Positions 52,301 through 63,495 of a stretch of 64,000 nucleotides of DNA are shown here, in pieces (position 1 is the first letter of the stretch; each line of letters begins with the position of its first letter). The notes under the pieces were generated by a model. The model made no database searches. It was not told the DNA's origin and saw only the letters and a program-made list of their open reading frames with translations. The DNA is from Octopus vulgaris. Taxonomy: Eukaryota. The position numbers and the translations under genes were made by a program. Location: contig OX597824.1 in the NCBI GenBank assembly GCA_951406725.2, forward strand, positions 46,066,001-46,130,000. The letters run 5' to 3'.

Positions 52301-53349
52301 ATAGTTATATTAAATACCATATAAAATAAATACTTGAGTTATTGCAGTTATCTTCACTTCAAAAGGAAGTGAACAAATACCTGATGGTAAATGTGATTGA
52401 TTCTAAATGAAAAGGGGAGACAGTTTCAAGAATCAAGAATTCTTTTGAATTAAGAAGCTATTGAACAGACTAGCTTTTCCTTAGTGGCATATCAATTCTG
52501 GAAAACCTGAGGCTGCCAATGATGTTATTTGCCCAATGTGTCACGCAGTAAAACTGAACCCATATATACATTCGCCATTATTTAATGTCTGTTTTCCATG
52601 CTGGTGTGGGTTTGATGGCTTGACAGGAGCTGGCAATGTCATGGGCCACCCCAGGTTCCATAGTCAATTTGGCTCGGTTTCTACAGCTGGATGCCCTTCC
52701 TAATGCCATATACTTTACAGAGAGTGCTGGGTACTTTTCATATGGTACCAGTACCAATGCTTTTTACATAATACCTTGATTTTAGGATATCAATTCTGTT
52801 ACGGTGGGCAGATCTTGAATGCAGCAATATACCACACATCTTAGTCTTTTACACACACACACACACGTGTGTGTGTGTGTGTAGTGAAGGCACATGGCTT
52901 AGTGGTTAGGGTATGCAGCTCACGATTGTAAGGTCATGAGTTTAATTCCAGATGACACATTGTGTCCTTGAGCAAGACACTTTATTTCGTGTTGCTCCAG
53001 TCCACTCCCAGGCAAAAACTAAGTAGTACCTGTATTTCAAAGGGCCAGCTTTGTCACATCCTGAACCTCCAGAGAACTATGTTAAGGGTATGCATGCCTG
53101 CAGAGTGCTCAGCTACTTGTGCATTAATTTCACTAGCAAGCTGTACTGTTGATCAGTCCCACTGGAACCCTCATCATCATAATTGACAGGGTGCCAGTTA
53201 TACGTGTGAGTGTCTACCTAGTTCCAGGCTTTACTCCTTAATAAAATCTTAATCTTTGCTAAAGTGATCTTATATCATCATCATCATCGTCATTTGGTGG
53301 CTGCCTTTTGTGATGGCTTCGGTTGGACAGTTCTAGAGAATACAACAGG

Positions 53350-53389
<40 letters not shown>

Positions 53390-53595
53390 TTAGATTACAT
53401 TTGCTCTGGTTTCTTGAAAAATCACAATGCTCATGCAATGTTGTTCTTGTTGGTATTTTTGCCAACAAATTGTCTATTTGTTTCTTGTTTTCAAAGCCAT
53501 GTGAAATATAACAATTGTTACTTGAAAGACAGATAAAAGTTAGTCAGAACAAATATGTGGCTGTGAAACAGTGCCTCAGTAACATTTGTCTAAAC

Positions 53596-53822
53596 CAGTG
53601 GTTCTCAACTGGGGGTCTACAGGAGATTTTGCTGCTAAAATTTACATGCAATAAATTGGATATAATTCTGCAGTAAGCAAAATATTTTAACAATACTTTT
53701 ATAATACTCAATTATAGAAAATATAATAGGACTTTATTTAAATATTGAATAGCTATGGAATTCCAGTAGAGTAAAATAGAAACTAAAGGGATCTGTAGGC
53801 AGACAATGATTGAGGACCGCTG
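53596..53822 (+). mobile_element. hAT (Charlie-like) MITE
   Basis: TIR cagtggttctcaa / ttgaggaccgctg; TSD gtctaaac / gtgtaaac (7 of 8 match). Confidence 0.85.
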
Positions 53823-53973
53823 GTGTAAACCATGACAAAAGGGCACAAAAATGAATGAATGCGTGTGTATAATATATAAAACTATGTAATTCCTATTAAC
53901 AAATGAAACATGTGTAATGGTAAATAAATAATTACCCCAAATTTTCCAATTTCTAGTTGTTTGTTTGTTTGTA

Positions 53974-54004
<31 letters not shown>

Positions 54005-54122
54005 ATGTATGTATGTATGTATGTATGTATGCATGGATGTAGTTGATGTTTTGAACTATCATGGTATGTTCTGAATATTAGTATGTTGATTAAATCTTTC
54101 AACACACTTGTATATATGGATG

Positions 54123-54647
54123 TACAAGGGTAAGTCAAAAAGTAATGCCATTTTGTTTAGGACAGGTATAATTACCACCACAGGAACATGTATCATACAT
54201 GAAAATGAATCTGGTCCTCTGAAGATCACATCCTTCAAATGAGAGCATGTATCCCTACTCCATAAAATTCTGTTGACTGTTCTTTGAGCCACTTCTTCAC
54301 TATAGTTTTCACTTCTGCGTCACTGGAATTATTTAGCACCTTCACGCTATCATATCTTTGGCCCCATGAAAGAGGGTTTGAGAGGCAAATATTATTCCAG
54401 TGACGAGGAAGTGAAAACTATAGTGAAGAAGTGGCCCAAAGAACAGTCAACAGAATTTTACGGGGCAGGGATACATGCTCTCATTCAAAGGTGGAACATT
54501 GCTATTGAGAGAAACGGTGACTATGTTGAGAAGTAGGGATGTGATCCACAGAGGACCTGCTTCATTTTGATGTATGATACATGTTCCTGCATTGGTAATT
54601 ATACCTGTCCTAAACAAAATGACATTACTTTTTGATTCATCCTCGTA
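54123..54647. mobile_element. Palindromic mariner derivative made of two inverted 3' ends
   Basis: TA-flanked termini tacaagggtaagtcaaaaagt / actttttgattcatcctcgta. 54330-54536 encodes LAPSRYHIFGPMKEGLRGKYYSSDEEVKT...WPKEQSTEFY..GIHALIQRW...NGDYVEK*. The left arm is its reverse complement. Confidence 0.92.
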
Positions 54648-54648
54648 C

Positions 54649-54720
<72 letters not shown>

Positions 54721-55097
54721 TATATGCAAAAGATGATGCAATATCTATTATATAACTAACAAGATTATGAAACAGCTGTAAATATATTACATAAAAATCT
54801 ATTCTCTCACTTCACTTTCCTTATCTGTTCTATTTATACACACATACATTCACTCAGTCACACACTAGCGTTATTTATCTTTTATTTGTTTTAGTCATTG
54901 GACTGTGGCCATGCTGAGCCACCTTGAAGTGTTTTGGTCAAATGAATCAAACCTGGTACTTGCTTTTATTTTTTCAAGCCTGGTATTTATTCTGTCAGTC
55001 TCTTATGTCTAACAGCTGTTATATGGACATAAACAGACCAACACTGATTATCAAGTGATGATGGAATACAAACACAAAGAAACATACACATATATAC

Positions 55098-55482
55098 TCT
55101 TTACTCTTTTACTTGTTTCAGTCATTTGACTGCGGCCATGCTGGAGCACCACCTTTAGTCGAGCAAATCGACCCCGGGACTTATTCTTTGTAAGCCCAGT
55201 ACTTATTCTATCGGTCTCTTTTGCCGAACCGCTAAGTAACGGGGACGTAAACACACCAGCATCGGTTGTCAAGCAATGCTAGGGGGACAAACACAGACAC
55301 ACAAACATATACATATATACGACAGGCTTCTTTCAGTTTCTGTCTACCAAATCCACTCACAAGGCATTGGTCGGCCCGGGGCTATAGCAGAAGACACTTG
55401 CCCAAGATGCCATGCAGTGGGACTGAACCCGGAACCATGTGGTTGGTTAGCAAGCTACTTACCACACAGCCACTCCTGCGCC
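55098..55482 (-). mobile_element. SINE family A, young full-length copy (older partial copies at 54875-55090 and 55790-55942)
   Basis: Full reverse complement of 145-563 with CpGs retained. Confidence 0.92.
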
Positions 55483-56054
55483 TATATACATACATTATGT
55501 ATCATCATCATTGTCGTTTAACGTCCACTTTCCATGCTAGCATGGGTTGGACGGTTCAGCTGGGGTCTGGGAAGCCAGAAGGCTGCACCAGGCCCAGTTT
55601 GATCTGGTAGTGTTTCTACAGCTGGATGCCCTTCCTAACGCCAACCACTCTGTGAGTGTAGTGGGTGCTTTTTACATGCCACCGGTATGTATGTATGTAT
55701 GTATGTATGTATGCATGCATGCATGCATGTATGTATGTATGTATGTATGTCTGCATGTATGTATGTATTGAGGGGCAGATGTATATATAAGACAAACTTC
55801 TTGCAGTTTCCGTCTACCAAATCCCCTCACTAGGATTTGGTCAACCTGGATCAAAGTAGTAGACACTGGTGCCCAAAGTACCATGAAGCAAGACTAAACC
55901 TGGAACCATGTGGTCGGTTGGGAAGCAAACTTCTTACCACACACTCAACTCAAACACACACACACACACACATACATACATATATACATACATATATATA
56001 TGCATGTATATAAATGCATACATATATATTGAAACACACAATATATATATGCCA

Positions 56055-56166
56055 CCAGCGTAGCTAGAGTGTGTGACTCCCGGGACGACCCTTCTGTTTG
56101 TCACAAAAAACAGCAAACCCAAAAGTGGTGCCCCTTTAAAAGACCGCCCTCCGCTAGCTACACTAG
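56055..56166. mobile_element. Small GC-rich MITE-like element
   Basis: Inverted ends ccagcgtagctag / ctagctacactag; no clear TSD. Confidence 0.45.
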
Positions 56167-56840
56167 TGATATGTGCATATATACATATACACACACGCGC
56201 GCACACTATTGTAAAAGTGTTTCAATGCATCAGCATTTTTTCAAAGATGAATATACACTCTACATTATAATGTATTGACCCCTTAATGTGTGTGTGTGTG
56301 ATGCACGATTTAGTCTTCTCGACCTTCATTCGAGAACTCTCGCTCTCCATACACGTATTTGTGTATATACACATGCATATATATATATATATATATATAA
56401 ACACTTGCGCACATTAATATAAAGACATACCGCTCCTATAAAGTATCTTTAGATTTAGACATAATGACGATGACTAATTTTTCTCCCTCGCGTTCACAAC
56501 ACACATGCACCTGTTTACAAACATATTTATGTACACACTCACATGCATATATAACAAAACAAAAGATATTTTGAGTACAAGTATGTGTCTGCGTGTGTGT
56601 GGTTGTGATTAAATCGAAATATCCAAAGAATAAAAATACGAGAGGTCAGTTTAAGATTAAAATTAATTTCATCATTTGAAATGTTGTTAACAGGCAGAAG
56701 AACCTCAAGAAAGTGAAGCTGTAAAGAAATCAAAATAGAAATCTGAAGGAATTTCTTTCAATGAACGAAATATTTCTGGTCTTCAACAAAGAAGAGGAGG
56801 AAGAGACATTAAATGGATTGTCAATAAAGCGACTAATATC

Positions 56841-56900
<60 letters not shown>

Positions 56901-57085
56901 GGGAGAGAGAGAGAGAGAGAGAGACAGATAGATAGACAGATAGATGGCAGATAAGAAAAGCAGATATATAAAAAGATACGCTGAGAGATGAATCGATGGA
57001 TAGATAGAAAAATCAATAGATATATAAATAGAGAGATACACAAAATGTTAAAATAATAAATAGACGTATATTTAGAAATAAAATC

Positions 57086-57156
<71 letters not shown>
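57086..57156 (+). repeat. (GATA)n microsatellite, representative of many (TA)n, (CA)n, (GA)n, (TATG)n and (TAA)n tracts
   Basis: Direct reading of the sequence. Confidence 0.97.
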
Positions 57157-58904
57157 CGAAAGATATATTGATATCGAACGAAAGACTGACCAATAAATAC
57201 AGGGGAGGTTGATAAATACATAAATAGACATTGAATTTTAAGAATTGTAAAGAACGATTGAATCAAAGAGAAAACAAAAGTAGGATATAAGGTGGCGGAG
57301 TGGGGTGTTACGAAATGATTTTGGTAGTGAGACAGAGAAAGGTTGAAAGATTCATTCCGAAAGACAAACGTGAAAACTGAATCAAACTAGCATATTTAAT
57401 TGTAATGACAAATCTGTTCTATAATTGAGATAAGAAAATAGTTCAGATCGAAGCCATCGTTAGAAGAGAGAGGAGAAAGAGAGAGAGAGCGAGATGACAA
57501 AACATTTATTGTGCGTAGGGACGTTAGCAGGCGCGTGTTTATGTAGAAGTATTTTATGTGAGGAGGACATAGATTGGAAAAATGCCTCGACTAAACAAAA
57601 ACGTCTGTGTGAGTGTGTGTGGACATGTTTATTTAGAATTATATATATGTCACTAAGGACGTGAAAGCATTATTCAAACAAGATTTCTGTTAAACATGCA
57701 ATCAGGAAGCAAATGCAACAATGATTATATCTTCAATCGTATTTTCATTATTGCTATTTTTAAAAGCCTTGTGGCTATTGTTTCGGCTCTTTATATTCTG
57801 AGTTCAAATCCTGCTGAGATCAACTTTGCTTTTCGTACTATCGGAGTCAATAAAATACCAGGGAAGTACTGAGGTCTCAAAGTATGGACTGATTCCCTCC
57901 CCTCAAAACTGCTGGCCTCGTGCCTCAATTAGAAAGCATTATCTTTTTCAAAAAGCACGTTGCTCTTTAATATTCGATCTACGCCAGATTTCAGTATCGC
58001 GCACGGACACACGTTTATTAAATGTCTATGAGGTGTGTGTGCGTGCGTGCGTGTGTGTATGTGTGTGTTAAATGGAGCTAATGATAACATCATCGTACGC
58101 AAATGCAAACATGTTCACATACATATACATGTGTGCGCGTAAACAGAAAATAAAAAGAAACTACAATGTCTTGGCTTGATTGATTTTGTTGAGGTTTAAT
58201 GTAGATTGGAAATGGTGAATTAAACGCGAGAATAGTAGCAGAACTGACGCAGGATTAGAACCTGTAAATTACGAATTCTTATTGAATGACAAAAGGTGGG
58301 GTAGTAGTAACTGTAATTTTGTAGAATTGTAAGAAATCAACATGTTTTTTTTTCAATTCTAGGGAACTCAGAATCTAAAATATACAAAATACGAACATTT
58401 TCTTATGTTCCTTTCCTGATAATTACCATTATACACAATGAATTTATATTGTTTTGAAACGATCTACCAAACAAATCTGTCAACGATAGAATGGTTAGGA
58501 GTAAATAAATCTTTGAAAGGTTACAGCAATCTGAAACAATCGAATATTTTGTTTATCTTAAAAATGAATGAGTAACTAACAAAGATTCTGAAACAACATT
58601 ATATTCCAAGTAAGGGTGTCACACAGACAGTGTCTAAAGGTGCTCCGCGATTGTCAGATTTCCAACAAATAATCCAAAATAAGCCTGGCACATCGATAAA
58701 TTGAAAATAAAGTTCTACAAGAGAAATTAACTCGGAGATACATGATTTGGTGGTGTTGTCATTGAAACAAGGTTGGAAATCGTGTTTAAAACACACACAC
58801 ACACAAATACGTAGGGACCGATTTATGATATTAACAAAGATCGTAATTAATTGATAAGGAGGTGGACGAACCTGAAAGAATATAATTGCGAAATATCAAC
58901 TTAC

Positions 58905-59285
58905 CTGTGGATCATTACCGTAGAAGAGATCGGCATTTTTTAATAGAAACCACTTTCTCTTCCATTTATGTGACAATCGGCTTCTCTTCATAAGCCAACC
59001 TTTACGTTCGTTGGACATGTTGTTGTGGTCGTCGTCTTCGTCTGCCTCGCCTTCCTTCATCCGAAGGCCAGACTTGGTGGTAGTCGTGGCGGTGTTGTTA
59101 GTGGTGGTGGTGCTGCTGGAAGCTATGCTGTTTGTAAAACTGTTACTGCTTGTTACTGTCGTAACTTCTGAGCTTTTTGATGTAGAGGCGTCGCTAGATG
59201 GACTTAGAACAGTTGTTTCAGTGCTACTACTAGTGGGAGCAACCGAAACGAACACACTGTTCGCTTTTTCCACGTCTGAAGCCAT
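58905..59285 (-). CDS. First coding exon of a PH-domain protein (Ser/Thr-rich N-terminus, then PH strands beta1-beta3); rest of gene not located
   Basis: ATG in good context (aacaagATGG); 381 nt = 127 codons. The exon ends ERKGWLMKRSRLSHKWKRKWFLLKNADLFYGNDPQ, matching the PH motif K.GWL.K....W..RWF.L....L.Y. It stops at a consensus phase-0 donor CAG|GTAAGT (intron starts 58904). GC- and CpG-rich relative to flanks. Confidence 0.9.
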
Positions 59286-60352
59286 CTTGTTCTCTCACAA
59301 GCACTCTTACACACACATACACAGAGAAACACATGCGACACACATACGAGAGGGAAAAACAACACAACACAACAGCGCTCTCACTCCTGAAAGGCGTGAC
59401 ACAACGCAAACACACTACTAACGCTAACGCCACCTTCACTTATGGCAGTTGATCATATTTTCTTTCAATTTCTGTTTACTGCGCAAGGTAAAACGCAACA
59501 GAAACAGACAACGAAAGATTAAAACGTCCAATTTTCCCCCACACCTTTTTTTTTAGGCTAGGCATTGATCTACAAGTTCCTAAGCTGTTCGATAAAGATT
59601 AGCAATACTTCTCTCAATGAATGTCGAAAGAATCGCTACCATTCGGTAGCAGCAACTAACAGCAGACGCAACCAACATGCAGCAACTGTTGCAAAGCATA
59701 TGTACTATTACCCGTCATGTTTAATGGACATTTTTATAATTCTAATCCATTTCTTTTAATGTACGTCTTTGTTGAGAGATGTAATACTCTTTCCTAAATT
59801 TTAGAAAAGGTGGGTGAGAAGGGGTGAATTTGGTGTTGGTGAAAGGACTACCTCTCCAGTTTCGTCTGAGAATTGAAGTTGGAAGATAGAATGGGAAGGT
59901 GGTCAAGGTTTTAGGGTGCCTCAAACCTCTCATTGACTGTCCCTTCTCAGTTATTATCCTTATTATTATCATTATTATTATTATTATTATTATTGTGAGG
60001 GTATGTTTTGTTTTATTTTGTACATTTGTCTATTTTAAATATATTTCTACATTGTATTTAGAAACTTATATTATTTGCACCGTAATGTTATACTTATGTT
60101 ATCCTTGTGGCAAAATAAAGAAATCGTTATTGTAATCATTACAGCTGACGTCTTTGGGAAGTTCATATTCATCACAACGCATTCTATTTCACCTCTCCTA
60201 CAAATCCAAGGCCTTGTGCTTATTTGTAAAAACATTTATATAAAGAAATAAAGAAAGTTAAAATAGGGTGTGCCAGATATGTATTTATTTGTATATACAA
60301 ACGTACATACATGTAAGTATTTGAAGACACATACTTGTGTCTGTATGTGTAT

Positions 60353-60427
<75 letters not shown>

Positions 60428-60507
60428 CATTTACATATTCATATGTATTTATACATTCATGGGCATATACATGAACATATTCACGAACAGAAGATCCTAA
60501 AAAATGT

Positions 60508-61241
60508 GTGGAACCCCACTTTAGAAGGATCAGATAACTCCAACATTATATGGACATAAACCTTCTCCCACCTTTTACACCATCTCCAAAACGAAACAAT
60601 TGACTCAGTCATCCGTGTGAAACCTATTGCTCATAATGTTTACTTAATGACATGACTTCTTATATTTCCTCTCCATGCCTTTACATTCTACTTCAAGGGA
60701 TGATTGAAGCAAATACTGTTTTGTGAGGAAAAAATAAAGATCTGATTCCAGCATTTTAGTTTCATATGCAGCATTATCCCTTTTGACATAACAGCAATCA
60801 AGAGAAAAACAGACCACCTATACTAAAGGAACACAGAAGCATGAGGAACCTCATAGCACATTCAAATGATAACAAGATTCATGCTACATGCCACAATATT
60901 TAATTAGAGACATGCAGTTCAGTTCTGTTAGCACTCAGTTCCTAAAATAGAGAATACAATGGTTGCTAATGCATATGAAGTTAAAGTGCCCTTAAAGATT
61001 TGTGGACAAAAGGTGGGAAAATGAGCAGATATCAACTTATGTGAGGCACACCTTTCTATATTGGTTTACTTTTCCAAGTTGAGGTTCTGGGTGAAGATCA
61101 AGCTAAGCTTGGCCCATGACATCTGTGGCGCTTTGATGTTTTTGCAACTATCTGTGAGTTAGGTAATCCTATGGTTAAAGCATCCATGTAGTCGATACAA
61201 TATTAGAGGGTATCTAATCCTTCTAAAGTAGCATTCTACTC
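60508..61241. mobile_element. TIR-bounded DNA transposon relic
   Basis: gtggaaccccactttagaaggatcagataactccaacatt (60508-60547) versus the reverse complement of 61199-61239, gtagaatgctactttagaaggattagataccctctaatatt. Confidence 0.6.
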
Positions 61242-61329
61242 CTTTTTTGAGAGCATTCTATTTAGTCTGTTATGTATACAATGTATACACAAATACATGT
61301 ATACATATATGTCCATGAGTGTGTGCATG

Positions 61330-61367
<38 letters not shown>

Positions 61368-61372
<5 letters not shown>

Positions 61373-61905
61373 TATCTGAAAAGTATAGTATTAAATATCC
61401 ACCATGGCTGATCTTACCAAATAGTTTCACATAAAGAATACAATGGAGTGTTAGATAACAAACCGATTATATAACTTTACGCTCGTCAGAGTTAGCCAAT
61501 ATGGTAGGAAATATGGCAACTGCTCTCTATTGTCAGAGGTGGATTAGCACAACCAGTCAGCAGTGTGTGTTTGTGTACTTGTGTGCATGTGTGTGTGTGT
61601 GAATGTGTGTGAGCACTATGTAGAAGGTATATGGAAAGGTGCATAGGCATATGTATTTGAGGAGTGTATGTGTGCATGAACGTGTGATTGTATAGGAACT
61701 TCACAGCAACTGCTGATCGGTTGTGCTAATCCGCTTCTGAATAATAGAGAGCAGTCGGCATTTCCCTTCCATATTGGCTAACTCTGATGAGCATAAAGTT
61801 ATATGATCAGTTTGTTACCTAACACTCCATTGTATTCTTTACATGAAACTGATTGGTAAGACCAGTCAGGATAGATATTTACTTGTATACTTTTTGGATA
61901 ATATA
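61368..61905. mobile_element. Inverted pair of Penelope-like terminal repeats, each with a hammerhead-like motif
   Basis: 61368-61564 is the reverse complement of 61709-61905. Right arm: CTGATGA(61784-90)-GCATAAAG...CTTTACAT-GAAAC(61845-49)...GTC. Left arm on minus: CTGACGA-GCGTAAAG...CTTTATGT-GAAAC. Confidence 0.75.
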
Positions 61906-61990
61906 CCTACTCTACTAACAAATATACAAGTGCATCTCTTCCCTGACTTATGGACTCTTAGATGACTCATGTGCATATATATATAATAAG

Positions 61991-62021
<31 letters not shown>

Positions 62022-62091
62022 GTGTATATATATAATGGTATTTATATATATATATAAAATGGTATTTTTTCATAGCGTTTTTCAGATGGCC

Positions 62092-62154
62092 AGATAACCG
62101 AAGAGATGGTGTTGTTGTTTTCCACTTCGGCATCCGAAACTCAGAGTTTTATCT
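62092..62154 (+). ncRNA. Atypical hammerhead-like motif (CCGAAGA core)
   Basis: AGATAA-CCGAAGA-GATG...CATC-C-GAAA-CTCAGAG-TT-TTATCT; stems I (6 bp), II (4 bp) and III (ACTC/GAGT) are all complementary. Confidence 0.55.
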
Positions 62155-62212
62155 TGACTATTGAATAATTGTAACATATTATTATACAGATGTATATAAA
62201 TATATACATATG

Positions 62213-62340
<128 letters not shown>

Positions 62341-63495
62341 CAGTAGATTCCATTTTATAAATCCACATATTTAATGTATCCAAAATGGGTTTGGACGGAA
62401 TTTTTACACATAAAATCTCTCATTTAATAAATCCAAACCATTACTTAAAAAATCGAATTATTACTGCTCCTTCGTAAAGTTTCAACTAGTGGCAGTGAAT
62501 GAATGAAGTGCTTATTTTTTCACTTTTAAATACTGACAGGTAGGCTCCAGCAACCACAGCCAGCCAGCTGTCATATGGTACACTCCATCATCCAAAAATA
62601 GATCAATAAATATTTAGTAGCTGGTGGTGGCTGCTTGAGTCTACCTCGCAACCCTGTCATTCAAGCGAAAAAGTAAGCTCCAAGACACCTCTTGTCAAAA
62701 TTATGGGCCCTTCTTATTCATTGAATGATGGTGTGTACCATGTGACAGCTGGTTGGTTGCAGCTGCTGGACCCTACCTGTCAGTATTTAATAGCGAAAGA
62801 AATGCATTATTTGTCATTCACATAGAGAGGCAGACACACACAAGTTGTTCAATATATTCAAAATGAAAAGAGAGAGGCAGGACAAATCCATGGCAGAAAA
62901 GATTCAATTGTTAGAATGTTACAAAGCTCTTGGAAAAACAACTCAGTGGGAAACAGCACAGAGTTTTGGAATTTCAAGAGGTCTGCTCCAGAATTTGCTA
63001 AAGAATGAGGATGACCTTCATGCCAAAGAACATGATGGCTGGTTATCAAAGAGAAAGCACCAATGAGAGGGAAAAGACCAACAGATAGACCATGCTCTTT
63101 ATAATTGGTTTCAATTTATTCACTTGAGAAATGTCCCTGTCAATGGCCCGATCCTAATGCACAAAGCCAACACCTTTGCTCAAGCTGCTGGACATGATTT
63201 TAAGGCATCCAAAGGTTGGTTTTACCATTGGTTAAAAAGACGTGGAATCTTTTTTACGGTTCTAAAAGGTAAGTGATGTAGTTCACTAGTTCACATTTTT
63301 CTCTTTAGAGAACAAAAACTAAACATTTTATTCTTTGCAGGTGATGCGGCTGAAGCTGACGTCGACGGAGCCCATCAATTTCATGAGACAACCAAGCAGC
63401 TTCTATTGAAATTGTATAGGCCACAGGACATCTACAATGCTAATGAAACTGGGATCTTCTTTCGTGCTTTACCAGGAAGTACATATGTCTACTTG
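62341..63495 (+). mobile_element. pogo/Tigger-family transposon, 5' portion
   Basis: Begins TA|CAGTAGATTCC after (TA)n and contains the transposase relic listed next; truncated after about 63495. Confidence 0.75.
62863..63492 (+). pseudogene. Tigger/CENP-B-like transposase pseudogene, exons 62863-63268 and 63341-~63492
   Basis: HTH AQSFGISRGLLQNLLKN; ALYNWF...VPVNGPILMHKA...FKASKGWF; after the intron GDAAEAD...YRPQDIYNANETGIFFRALP. In-frame TGA at 63064-66 (likely CGA decay); the DETG motif reads NETG. Confidence 0.9.

Larger units (their letters stand above)
55950..60200. promoter_or_regulatory. CpG-retaining zone around the first exon; probable unmethylated promoter/TSS region
   Basis: CG dinucleotides are visibly frequent in non-repeat DNA here and scarce elsewhere in the window. 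Judged by eye; exact TSS not determinable. Confidence 0.55.

Noticed and set aside
56539-56718. Candidate exon 2 on minus: strong acceptor ttgatttctttacag, phase-0 open frame LHFLEVLLPVNNISNDEINFNLKLTSRIFIL
   Set aside because: No good donor, no PH C-terminal Trp helix, and the frame runs into CA repeats; likely chance.
59011-59421. 136-aa plus-strand ORF overlapping the PH exon
   Set aside because: Antisense shadow of Ser/Thr codons.
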